Shown here: positions 39,801-48,958 of the stretch, one piece after another
Position numbering within the stretch: position 1 is the first letter of the stretch
Layout: the number at the start of each line of letters is the position of its first letter
Source of the DNA: Kiritimatiellia bacterium
GTDB lineage: Bacteria; Verrucomicrobiota; Kiritimatiellia; RFP12; JBMNHG01
DNA length: 64,000 bases
Reading direction: 5' to 3'
NCBI GenBank assembly: GCA_050950285.1
Contig: JBMNHG010000002.1
Span: 248,296 to 312,295, forward strand
The notes under the pieces: model-generated
What the model was told of the DNA's origin: nothing
The model's database searches: none
The model's input: the letters and a program-made list of their open reading frames with translations, nothing else
Made by a program: the position numbers and the translations under genes

Positions 39801-41693
39801 ATGGCGGGTTGTTTCCGAAAGTTGCATACGCTCCGCTCCGCGCGGCTCGCCGCGGTGTCGGCCGGCGCCGGGCTCTCCCCCGGCGGCACGAACACCCTCC
39901 GCCTGCTCCGCGGTTGCTTTTCCGTCAGCCCGCCGCCGCTCGACGGGGCGGACGCCGCGCGGCTTGCCGAGGCGGTCCGGGCCAAGCCCGCCTGTTCCGC
40001 CGCCCTGTGCGGCCTGCTGTCCGGGCGCCGCGAAGGCTGGCTGGCCGAGGACGTCCGGGCGCGGCATCTGCTGGACTCCGGGAAGGCCTCCGAGGCCGCC
40101 GCCGCGTGGGAGGCCATGCTCCGCCGCCGCCGCGGCCCGCCCGACCGCATCGCCTTCGCGCGCTGCGAGGCGCTGGCCGCCTGGAAGCCGGGGAAGGGCA
40201 TCGAGGCGCTGGAGGAGTGGCTGGAGCGCTACAAGGACTCGCCGCTGCGCGAGCGCGCCGCCGCCTGCCACGCCCTGCTGCCGGCCCGCCATGGCGACCC
40301 GGCCGAGGCGGCATCCCGCCTCGGGGCCTTCCTCGGGGAATACCCCGGCAGCCGCTTCGCGCCCGAGGCCCGGCAGGCGCTGGCCAGGGCGCGCGGCGCA
40401 TCGGACCGGCTGGAACAGCTCCGGGCGGCGCAGGCCGCCAAGGAGGAGAGGCGCCGGCGCGACCCGGCGTCGGCCGACCTCGAACGCGCCGAGTCGCTCC
40501 TCTCCCAGGGACGCCACGCCGACGCCGAAAAGGCCTTCCTGTCCTTCCGCGACCGCCGCCGCCATCCGCTGTGGGGGCGCGCCTGGCATGGCCTCGGCAA
40601 AGCCCGCCACGCCCGGGGCGACACGCAGGGCGCTCTCGCCGCCTGGGACGACCTCTGGCGGCGCTCGCTGGCCGACACCAACGTCCTGTGCGCCGCCCGG
40701 GCCCGCCGCGCGGCGGGCGACGCCTGGCTCGAGGATCTCGGCGAGCCGGCCCGCGCCCTGAAGGCCTACGACGAAGCCGCGTCCCGCACCGACTTTTCCG
40801 ACCCCGCCTTCGACCTCAACCGCGGGCTCGCCCTGCTGATGCTCGGGCGCGCCCCGGAGGCCGCGGCCCTCTTCACCCGCCGCCGCGACGCGTCCGCCGG
40901 CGACAAGGCCGAGTTCCTGCGCTGGGACCGCCTCGCGAAGGAGTGCGCCGCCGGACGCCTGGCGCCGCCCCCGCGCGGCCTGCTCCCCGACCAGCGCCGC
41001 GCCCGTACCGACCTGGCGATGGCCGACGCCCTCCTCGCGGCCGGCGAGCCGGCCCGCGCCCTGAGGCTCTACCGCCGCGCGTCCGCCCCCCTGGCGGGCC
41101 ACGAGGGGGCCGACCGGTGCGACCTGGGCATGGCGCTCGCCCTGGCCGCCCTCGGCCGGCCGAAGGAGGCGCTCGCCCTCTACGGGCGTTTCACGGGCGA
41201 ACACGGGCGCAGCCCGCTGGCCGCCGGAGCCCTGCTCCGCGCCGGCACGCTCTGCGCATTGCCCCGCGTGAACGACTTCAAAGGCGCCTGCCAGTGGTTC
41301 GCCCGGGTCGTCGAAAACCACCCCGGCACGCGCGAGGCCGAGGCGGCGGAGTTCTATGCCGCCAAAAGGCTCCACGACCCCTTCGACGACGACCAGCGAA
41401 ACGACCGTCCCCGATTCCCGCATGGCAAGCCCGTCCATCCCGACATCACGCTCTCCCGACATCACGCTCCATTGGGAGGCGGGGAACCCGCTCGCCCTGC
41501 TCGGGGGAACCACGGTTTACACGAACAAAATCGAGATCGACGCCGGGGAGGTCGACTGGCCCCTGGATTACGCCGTCATCCCGCGTCATTCGGCCATTTC
41601 CTTCGCCATCGCCGCCGAGGGCCAGGCCGCCGAGGGCGGCAAGGCGGTGGACATCGTCCACGGGCGCGTCGTCGACGTGGACCTCGACGTTGA
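39801..41693 (+). CDS. TPR-repeat protein; probably the N-terminal part of a single TPR-trunk-toxin gene interrupted by a 16-bp duplication
   Basis: TPR-like helical repeats throughout. The last real residues (..KPVHPDITL) match the N-terminus of module 2 (KPVNPHITLHW), and the tail after nt 41455 is out-of-frame read-through. Removing one 16-bp repeat unit fuses this frame to 41422..43458. Confidence 0.6.
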   Translation: MAGCFRKLHTLRSARLAAVSAGAGLSPGGTNTLRLLRGCFSVSPPPLDGADAARLAEAVRAKPACSAALCGLLSGRREGWLAEDVRARHLLDSGKASEAAAAWEAMLRRRRGPPDRIAFARCEALAAWKPGKGIEALEEWLERYKDSPLRERAAACHALLPARHGDPAEAASRLGAFLGEYPGSRFAPEARQALARARGASDRLEQLRAAQAAKEERRRRDPASADLERAESLLSQGRHADAEKAFLSFRDRRRHPLWGRAWHGLGKARHARGDTQGALAAWDDLWRRSLADTNVLCAARARRAAGDAWLEDLGEPARALKAYDEAASRTDFSDPAFDLNRGLALLMLGRAPEAAALFTRRRDASAGDKAEFLRWDRLAKECAAGRLAPPPRGLLPDQRRARTDLAMADALLAAGEPARALRLYRRASAPLAGHEGADRCDLGMALALAALGRPKEALALYGRFTGEHGRSPLAAGALLRAGTLCALPRVNDFKGACQWFARVVENHPGTREAEAAEFYAAKRLHDPFDDDQRNDRPRFPHGKPVHPDITLSRHHAPLGGGEPARPARGNHGLHEQNRDRRRGGRLAPGLRRHPASFGHFLRHRRRGPGRRGRQGGGHRPRARRRRGPRR

Positions 41694-43458
41694 CGCCAAC
41701 CACGACGGCAAAATTGATGACGCCGACGAGCCCTTGGAGGTGGACCCCGGCGGCTATGTGTGCGTCGGAACCAACAACCTGACGCCGGTCACGCTCAAGT
41801 TGGAGCCCGTCGGCCTGCCCGGCAAACTGACCCTCTCGGCGACGATGGGTGGGGACCGAATCCGCATCTGGAAAGACGCCGGGCGCGCGACCGAGGTGAT
41901 ATTGACCAATGGCTGCGCCCAGGTGGCTCCCGGCACGCTCTACGTCGAGGGGGTCACCAACAGCGCCGCCCTCCGCGACGTGGAACTCCGCCTCGAATAC
42001 GACGAGAACCCGGAGGGCCAGAATAACCGCCTCTTCAAGTGCGAGGACAGGGTGAAGCTGACGGCCGTGAAGGTGGACTTGGATATCGACTCGGACAACA
42101 ACGGAGCCATCGAAGAAGCAGACGAGGCCCAAGAACTTACCGAACCGGGCAAGTTGATCTATCTGAACCATGATGACGACAACAAGAACGACATAGAGGA
42201 CAAGGCCGAGAACACTGCAATTGTCACTGATGAAGATGACCTCCAACCAATCAAGCTTGCATTTTCACCAAACATCGCTGGCGGAAAGATAATCCTTGCT
42301 GCTCCAAGTGGTGGGTCTCGGATTCAAGTTTGGGGAAACTCCACAAAAGGTGTTGCGAGTGAGAAAGTTGACCTGCCGAAGACGTGGACAATAGGCACTG
42401 ACGCTGTCCCTGCAACACTCTATGTCGAGGGCATCGACCCCGGTGCTGCTCAATTGAAATTGGCTTACGAGGTTAACTCGGTCGAAGTTTGCAAGGACGA
42501 GATCAAGTTGGGCATCGTCAAAATTGAGTTCAAGGAACGGGGCGATACAAAATACGGTTATGATAACGGGACCGTTGACAACAACCCTGTTCCCAAATCG
42601 GTTGACACTCCCCCACAGAAGTATGACTGGGTAAACGTTGACAGAGACAACAAGACGACAGATGTGGACGTAGAGATTACTCCGGCGTCGTATGCCAAGT
42701 ACGTTAATTTTATTAGCAGCGATGACGCAAAAACCACATGCAATCCTGTCGCAGCAACTGCAAATCCGCAGAAATTGACCATAACCGGCACAGCCTCGGG
42801 GACATCCCATGTCCAGACGCGACTTGGAACCACAACAGGTGCTAAAGGCACTCGGTTGAATGTGGCCTGTTACAAGCTGGCAGCCCTTAATGTCAATTTC
42901 TATAAGGTAAGTGCCACGGGGCTTGCGCCTGATGGTACCACGGCGGAACAATTCGAAAGTGGCGCGAATGCGTTCCTCAAGCGGGGTGTCAGTGAACTAT
43001 CACTGACCGACAACGGCACCACAATAACTAACTACGATGACAACGCAAATTCTAAACTAGATATCGATGCAACGGCGGGGGATGGCGGAAGTGAATGGGT
43101 CAAGGTGACAGCGGCACTAGGGGCTCCTGTTGGGATGAAACTGCTTCATGTAAAGGCCTTGCGCGTTAACATCGGGGGAACATGGGTCAACGCAACAGGC
43201 TTACGCTATGGTGATTGGACGCTGGTTTCTGACGAGTCAACGAGCAAAGTCAGAACTGTCGCCCATGAGATGCTTCACAAGCTAGGACTGAAAGATACAG
43301 GCCCCAGTGGGAGCAACACTGCAAACATCATGTACTATATGAGCAATGGCACAAAGTACTTTGTGGGGTATTTCAAAGTGGAAGGCGTTCAGACTGGGTC
43401 TGGCACGTCTTACACCCCAAAACAACACGAGCTACAGTGGGAAATGATTTATCGGTGA
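41422..43458 (+). CDS. Polymorphic-toxin-like module 1: conserved trunk + C-terminal HExxH (zincin-like) region
   Basis: Trunk ..GKAVDIVHGRVVDVDLDVDANHDGKIDDADEPLEVDPGG...LTLSATMGGDRIRIWKDAGR..EVILTNGCAQVAPGTLYVEGVTNSAALRDVELRLEYDENP. Reiterated ~100-aa modules. C-terminal ..VAHEMLHKLGL.. (43264-43278). Confidence 0.65.
   Translation: MASPSIPTSRSPDITLHWEAGNPLALLGGTTVYTNKIEIDAGEVDWPLDYAVIPRHSAISFAIAAEGQAAEGGKAVDIVHGRVVDVDLDVDANHDGKIDDADEPLEVDPGGYVCVGTNNLTPVTLKLEPVGLPGKLTLSATMGGDRIRIWKDAGRATEVILTNGCAQVAPGTLYVEGVTNSAALRDVELRLEYDENPEGQNNRLFKCEDRVKLTAVKVDLDIDSDNNGAIEEADEAQELTEPGKLIYLNHDDDNKNDIEDKAENTAIVTDEDDLQPIKLAFSPNIAGGKIILAAPSGGSRIQVWGNSTKGVASEKVDLPKTWTIGTDAVPATLYVEGIDPGAAQLKLAYEVNSVEVCKDEIKLGIVKIEFKERGDTKYGYDNGTVDNNPVPKSVDTPPQKYDWVNVDRDNKTTDVDVEITPASYAKYVNFISSDDAKTTCNPVAATANPQKLTITGTASGTSHVQTRLGTTTGAKGTRLNVACYKLAALNVNFYKVSATGLAPDGTTAEQFESGANAFLKRGVSELSLTDNGTTITNYDDNANSKLDIDATAGDGGSEWVKVTAALGAPVGMKLLHVKALRVNIGGTWVNATGLRYGDWTLVSDESTSKVRTVAHEMLHKLGLKDTGPSGSNTANIMYYMSNGTKYFVGYFKVEGVQTGSGTSYTPKQHELQWEMIYR
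41439..41470 (+). repeat. 16-bp tandem duplication (cccgacatcacgctcY x2) at the TPR/trunk junction
   Basis: Units at 41439-41454 and 41455-41470, with 15/16 identity. Deleting one unit gives an uninterrupted ORF 39801..43458. Confidence 0.7.
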
Positions 43459-43475
43459 GGAAAGGTGCTTTACAG

Positions 43476-44417
43476 ATGAGAACGTTCTTGGCATGTTTTA
43501 CTTTCTTCGCGTTCCAGGCCTTGGTGCGCGCAGAACCTGGCACTGTCGCAGAGGTCCTGAATAACCTCCGGAAGGGAGATGCCCGGGGGTTGCGGACTGA
43601 TCAGTACACAAATGCGGCGAGTGCCGTTGCCTTTCTGGAGAACATCGGTGTTCTGGAAGACGAGAAGATCCGACTGAAGGTGGTGCGGTTCTCGGCAACG
43701 CTGATGCGTCGGGCGGCAAGAGCGGGCTCGCAGCAGGACGAACAGAACGTAGAAGCCTTCACTGGCCAGATGGTGAAGATCCTTAAGGCTGATCCATCTA
43801 GGCGTATCCGGGAAGAGGCCGCGAAGAGTCTTCTGGAAATGGTCTCCCCGCGTGTTCTCGATCGCTATCACGCCGTTCTACGTCTTGCGGCCGAGGAAAG
43901 GAAGGACATCGCTACGCTTCTTGTCTGCGCATCACTGCATTCCTGCGATGCAACGTGGTTGGCGGAATTGGTGCGTACAATGAAACCGGAGTCCCGGATG
44001 GAGAAGCGCCAAATCGACAGCATTCTGGCGCGGTGCGGGGATCAGGCTGCAACAGATCGTCTCATTGATGAAGCAGGTCATGCGCAGGGAATGAGCGATG
44101 TTGAGATTGGTGAGTTGGTCGCCGCTTTGGCCTTTGTGCCTTCCGAACGGGTTCAGATGTTTCTTGGACTAGGTCTTCGCTCTGACACTGTTGTTTCACT
44201 ACCCGGGGGAGGCGCGATTCCCTGGCGCAACTGCTGTGCCCGTTCTTTGGTCCGAATGCACAGGCACGACGAGAGTTTTCCTGTAAAGAGGGACGACTAC
44301 ATGTATAGTGACGATGAGCTTGACAGAATCGAACAGTGGAGTGTGGTTACTCTCGGCATTGCCCCCCGTAGTGGAACACGGAGGAGCTTGAAAGTGACAC
44401 CAGGTATTCATCAGTAG
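43476..44417 (+). CDS. Signal-peptide partner protein 1 (candidate immunity; HEAT/armadillo-like repeats)
   Basis: Starts 18 nt after the module 1 stop. Signal peptide (MRTFLACFTFFAFQALVRA), alpha-helical repeat composition, and AT-richer DNA than the core genome. Confidence 0.55.
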   Translation: MRTFLACFTFFAFQALVRAEPGTVAEVLNNLRKGDARGLRTDQYTNAASAVAFLENIGVLEDEKIRLKVVRFSATLMRRAARAGSQQDEQNVEAFTGQMVKILKADPSRRIREEAAKSLLEMVSPRVLDRYHAVLRLAAEERKDIATLLVCASLHSCDATWLAELVRTMKPESRMEKRQIDSILARCGDQAATDRLIDEAGHAQGMSDVEIGELVAALAFVPSERVQMFLGLGLRSDTVVSLPGGGAIPWRNCCARSLVRMHRHDESFPVKRDDYMYSDDELDRIEQWSVVTLGIAPRSGTRRSLKVTPGIHQ

Positions 44418-44531
44418 TGGCACAGGCATAGGTTCGCGGCAAGAGCGAAGCACCCGGAACCCTCTCTACTGGGTGTCCCCTCCGCTCTAGTTGTCTTTGG
44501 CTCATGCAATGATTTCATTGTCGTCTTTCAA

Positions 44532-46253
44532 ATGAACATCTGGCACAAAGAATCTGTAAAACCCGTGAATCCGCACATCACGCTCCACTGGGCGGGGGTG
44601 CGCGAACTGTGCCTTCTGCACGGGGACGGGACGTTGTTCCCGAACGGCGGGCAGATCGACTCGCGCGCCGTTCCCTCCTGGCCCCTCCGCTTCCGCGTCG
44701 GGCCGCTCGCGCCGACGACGGAGTTCGTGGTGCGCCTTTTCGGCGAAGCCGACAACGTGACGGGCGAGAAGGCGGTGGACATCGTCCACGGGCGCGTCGT
44801 CGACGTGGACCTCGACGTTGACGCCAACCACGACGGCAAAATTGATGACGCCGACGAGCCTTTGGAGGTGGACCCCGGCGGACTGGCCTGCGTCTGCACG
44901 AACAAACTGACCCCGATCATGCTCACGCTTCAGCCCGCCGGACTGACCGGCAGGCTGACCCTCTCGGCAACGATGGGAGGGGACCGAATCCGCATCTGGA
45001 AAGACGCCGGGCGCATGATCGAGGTGGTATTGACCAATGGCTGCGCCCAGGTGGCTCCCGGCACGCTCTACGTCGAGGGGGTCACCAACAGCGCCGCCCT
45101 CCGCGATGTGGAGCTGCGCCTCGAATACGACGAGAACCCGCCGAACCAAAACAACCCCCTTTTCAAGTGCGAGGACAGGGTGAAGCTGACGGCCGTGAAA
45201 ATAGATTTTGTCACTCCCGCCGGTGATCCGGTAAATGCCGCCGTGCAGTCGGGCGACGGGCAAAACGAATTCACCTACTCGACAGCCACTCCCGGCGTTC
45301 TGACGATGAACCTGAAGGCGCACGTCACACCGAGCGGTATCGCCAACCAGATCAAGGGCCTATGCCTGTTTACGGTTGATATGATCGCCGGTTCCACCTT
45401 GGCTTGGGGCTCGTCGAATCCTAACGGCAAGCCGACAGCGAACGGTGATGACCTGTTGGCGACGGTCACGTTCACCGGTTTGCCCGCGAACAATTCCGAC
45501 TTCGGGGCCAAGAAGGCCGCTATCCACTTCAACGCCAGCAAGCAGGATGAAGCGAACTACGAAGTATTCTTTCCCCGAGATGTGGCGAACAATCCTGGTG
45601 GTTCTGATCCAAATTGGTTCTACTACTGGGGTCAGGTTTATGTGAATGCGAACGTTCAATATGTGGCCGCTGCGGCGGCCGGACGCGTACCTGCCATGAC
45701 AGGCTGGACGTACAACTCTGTACCAAGCAAAACTCGCATTGAAATCGGTAGCGGACATCCCGCAAAATACAAATCCTATGGCATCGGAGAGGAAGCGTCG
45801 GGCATTGATCGCTACATAATGACGGGAATACATGAGGAGAAGCATGTGGCACAGATTGCTGCCGCAGATGCTCTTCTGCCTACCAGCGGTGCCGATTCCT
45901 TTCGCTTCGGTTGGTCATGGAATCAATCCACTCATAATCATTGGACAAAGGGGCCTGATGGGCAATGGGGTGTTGCCGGAGTTGATGATGACGGGAATGG
46001 TGTAGTTGATGACGCAGCTGTGGCACCACCCTTTGAACCTGGGAACGGTGACGACATCAGCCTCGACCGCGCAACATGGCCGTGGTGGCCAAATACGTGG
46101 ACACTGCCCGGCGGAGTTTACGCCACCATCCATCCCATTGAAGGCGAGGCCGTCAAGGCTGCGGATGACGCAATGAATGAAAACGACTATGCGCCCCAAG
46201 ATTGGGGCAAGCCCGGCAAGAACCACAAGACGGTAAACAAGTGGGATGATTGA
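44532..46253 (+). CDS. Polymorphic-toxin-like module 2: same trunk, unrelated C-terminal region with HEEKH
   Basis: Nucleotides 44773-44883 differ from 41640-41750 by 1 nt. The trunk diverges after ..FKCEDRVKLTAVKIDF. C-terminal ..GIHEEKHVAQ.. (45831-45845). Begins only 10 aa before the trunk homology (MNIWHKESVKPVNPHITLHW). Confidence 0.65.
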   Translation: MNIWHKESVKPVNPHITLHWAGVRELCLLHGDGTLFPNGGQIDSRAVPSWPLRFRVGPLAPTTEFVVRLFGEADNVTGEKAVDIVHGRVVDVDLDVDANHDGKIDDADEPLEVDPGGLACVCTNKLTPIMLTLQPAGLTGRLTLSATMGGDRIRIWKDAGRMIEVVLTNGCAQVAPGTLYVEGVTNSAALRDVELRLEYDENPPNQNNPLFKCEDRVKLTAVKIDFVTPAGDPVNAAVQSGDGQNEFTYSTATPGVLTMNLKAHVTPSGIANQIKGLCLFTVDMIAGSTLAWGSSNPNGKPTANGDDLLATVTFTGLPANNSDFGAKKAAIHFNASKQDEANYEVFFPRDVANNPGGSDPNWFYYWGQVYVNANVQYVAAAAAGRVPAMTGWTYNSVPSKTRIEIGSGHPAKYKSYGIGEEASGIDRYIMTGIHEEKHVAQIAAADALLPTSGADSFRFGWSWNQSTHNHWTKGPDGQWGVAGVDDDGNGVVDDAAVAPPFEPGNGDDISLDRATWPWWPNTWTLPGGVYATIHPIEGEAVKAADDAMNENDYAPQDWGKPGKNHKTVNKWDD

Positions 46254-46274
46254 TTCTTTTCGGAGGAGAACATT

Positions 46275-46952
46275 ATGAATAATCGATTAGTGACAATGTT
46301 GCAGGCGATTGTGTTGATGGTTATATTGCTAACCACAGGTCGAGTGTTTGCTGGAAATGCCGAAGTGGAAAACATAGACATGGTTGATACGAAACAGTTG
46401 CTTTCAGCGCAGACGATGGAGCGGAGTCAGGCGCTGGACAGGTTGACTGCAAAATATCGCGAGGTCTCGGCGTCGCTCTTAAAGACACTGGAGGAGGCCA
46501 AGACCGAGTTTAGAACGGATCGCCGTTATCATTCGCCTCTTCACTCCGCCATACTGGCAGTCGATGCATGGCAGGTGATTGATGCCGATGCGCTTCTCCT
46601 TTCGATGGTTGACTACGAGTTAGATCCAAGTTCCTTGCCATTGGGAATGGATGTACCAGGCGACTATTTTTATCCCGCAGCCAAGACGTTGGTCCGCTTG
46701 CGCGTGGACATGGCGAAAGTGGAACGAGCGCTTGGAGCCACAGAGGACCCGAAAGCGCTGAGGATATTGACATGGGTGTTACTTGAACGAGGAGAAGACG
46801 TCGAGAAGGCGAAGATGGCTTTAGCCGATGCAAGCGGCAAAAGTCATGGGGCCACGGAAAAGCGGAATATCAGCGAAGCGCTAGAGCTGCTCAACAACCC
46901 TTCGGAGTTGTTGCCGATGCCGTCGAGGGGTGACCATCCTTCATCGAAGTGA
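46275..46952 (+). CDS. Signal-peptide partner protein 2 (candidate immunity)
   Basis: Starts 22 nt after the module 2 stop. N-terminal MNNRLVTMLQAIVLMVILLTTGRVFAG. Low GC, no similarity to partner 1. Confidence 0.55.
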   Translation: MNNRLVTMLQAIVLMVILLTTGRVFAGNAEVENIDMVDTKQLLSAQTMERSQALDRLTAKYREVSASLLKTLEEAKTEFRTDRRYHSPLHSAILAVDAWQVIDADALLLSMVDYELDPSSLPLGMDVPGDYFYPAAKTLVRLRVDMAKVERALGATEDPKALRILTWVLLERGEDVEKAKMALADASGKSHGATEKRNISEALELLNNPSELLPMPSRGDHPSSK

Positions 46953-47186
46953 CTGCTTTACGGCCTACGCACCTGACACGCCGCGTGCTGGAAGAAAGGC
47001 CACGCGGCGCGCCAGGTGCTCCGGCCTTGCTCCGGCGCTATCGCGCTTCCGGGGCACCTCCGCGCTGACGCGCTCCGGTGGTGGACTCGCTCACACGTTG
47101 CCCTTTCCGGCGCACCCCCGTGTTGCCTCCAGGCCGACACCTTGCATACATTGACAAATGGAATGACGGATTGATACGCTGTCCGC

Positions 47187-48941
47187 ATGGAATCAAGCCT
47201 CTGCATGAATGGCGCGAATGAACGGACGGCTTGGGAATATGCCGTGTGTAGCGGCCAAGACAACCACGACGACGAGCCGCCGGAGGAGGATCCCGGCGGC
47301 TACGCCTGCGTCTGCACGAACAAATTGACGCCGCTCAATCTGAAGGTGCAACCAACCGACCTGCCCGGCAAGGTCAGACTCTCGGCGACGGGCGGCCAGC
47401 GCATCAGAGTCTGGGAGAACGCCGGCCGCACCGGCGAGGTGGTATTGACCAATGGCTGCGCCCAAGTGGCGCCCGGCACGCTCTACGTCGAGGGGGTCAC
47501 CAACAGCGCCGCCCTCCGCGACGTGGAGCTGCGCCTCGAATACGACGAGAACCCGCCGGGCCAGAGCAACCCCCTCTTCAAGTGCGAGGACAGGGTGCGG
47601 CTGGTCGTCATAAAAGTGGACTTAGACATTTGGAACGGGGGAGCCGATTTGGACAACGGTGAGGCTGCCGGCCCCCAGGGGGCACAGGTCCCGGACGCCG
47701 ACGAGGAATCCGTCGGAGCATACATCCTCGTCAACTGGGATGATGACGACGGTGACGGCAAAATCAATGGCACCGGAAGTGGCTGGATATCCTTTCCAGT
47801 GCCAGATCTCGACGAATCAACGGCCATTACCGACGAGGATAATCTAGCGCAGTTGAAACTCAATCTTACGCCGTTACTTGATCTTGGAACGGTTGAACTG
47901 GAAGTGAGTGGTACCGATGCGGGCAAGATCAAGCTCTGGACCGAGTCAACCAAAGGAACGGTGGTCACACTCACATCCAACAAGAAGACATGGAACCTAT
48001 CAAACCCGACGCAGAAGAGCGAGTTTCAGAACTTAATGGCCAACAGCCTGTGGATCGAGGGAGTTGACGCGGGATCGGGTGAACGGGCTGCAACCTTTAC
48101 ATTGTGTTTCAAGGACAGTGGTGGAACTGAAATCTGCAATGACGTTAACAAGGCAACGTTGGTGATGCTGAATCTTGCGAACGTCGCTGGTAGAGAGGTT
48201 GACAATGATGCTCTTGCGGAGAGAGGGCATACGGCAGTAGTCGGTCGCTATGATGGCAGCTGCACCAAGGCCGATTTGCTCAATGCCGCGCACTATACAC
48301 TCTATGAGGCAGATGGGGGTGGAGATTGGGCCGGCACAGAACCAGGACCACGTGAAGCCCTTCTTACTCATGTTACGGCCAGACCAGGCCGCGAGTTTTT
48401 TGGTTCATTGTCACCCTTCTTGACGTCGTACTACAACAGCTCGTCAATGCCTAACACAGCGCAGGGTTACAGAACTCGTTTGAAGATATTGCTGGTGGCC
48501 AGGCGCTTGATTGATAACACCGCCAGCATAGGATATACAAAGTTCAACGCTGTCCTACCCGGAAACTGGAACGGCAATTTGGGCACGATTACAGATCTCC
48601 GATGCGACGGGTTCGTCGAAGTCTGCTATGAGTGGTCGGGCGTCAATTCGTGGGGAAGGATCGCAGGAGGTGGAGCCCGGTACAGCATCCTCGTTGCAGG
48701 GAATCAAGATGACCATAATGAATGGGTATGGGGAGACGTCCCGCAAGATGGAGCGAGTGACTTCTGGGCATGGCTGATGCCGATAACACAGATCGGATAT
48801 GCCGACACCTATATTGACAGCCATTATCCCCCATACACCAACGGTGACTTCGACTATACGGCGAACAATTTTGAAGGGACTTTCTGGGAGAGTGCCTTTT
48901 CCTCTCAACAACTCGTCATGCCAACGCTTTCAAATCCGTGA
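47187..48941 (+). CDS. Polymorphic-toxin-like module 3: 5'-truncated trunk + third unrelated C-terminal region
   Basis: Trunk homology starts abruptly at ..DNHDDEPPEEDPGGYACVCTNKLTP (the ~80 aa found in modules 1/2 are missing). ..VVLTNGCAQVAPGTLYVEGVTNSAALRDVELRLEYDENPP is identical to copy 2 at the protein level. The C-terminal half is unique with no HExxH. Confidence 0.6.
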   Translation: MESSLCMNGANERTAWEYAVCSGQDNHDDEPPEEDPGGYACVCTNKLTPLNLKVQPTDLPGKVRLSATGGQRIRVWENAGRTGEVVLTNGCAQVAPGTLYVEGVTNSAALRDVELRLEYDENPPGQSNPLFKCEDRVRLVVIKVDLDIWNGGADLDNGEAAGPQGAQVPDADEESVGAYILVNWDDDDGDGKINGTGSGWISFPVPDLDESTAITDEDNLAQLKLNLTPLLDLGTVELEVSGTDAGKIKLWTESTKGTVVTLTSNKKTWNLSNPTQKSEFQNLMANSLWIEGVDAGSGERAATFTLCFKDSGGTEICNDVNKATLVMLNLANVAGREVDNDALAERGHTAVVGRYDGSCTKADLLNAAHYTLYEADGGGDWAGTEPGPREALLTHVTARPGREFFGSLSPFLTSYYNSSSMPNTAQGYRTRLKILLVARRLIDNTASIGYTKFNAVLPGNWNGNLGTITDLRCDGFVEVCYEWSGVNSWGRIAGGGARYSILVAGNQDDHNEWVWGDVPQDGASDFWAWLMPITQIGYADTYIDSHYPPYTNGDFDYTANNFEGTFWESAFSSQQLVMPTLSNP

Positions 48942-48958
48942 AAGGTAGGAAACAAATC

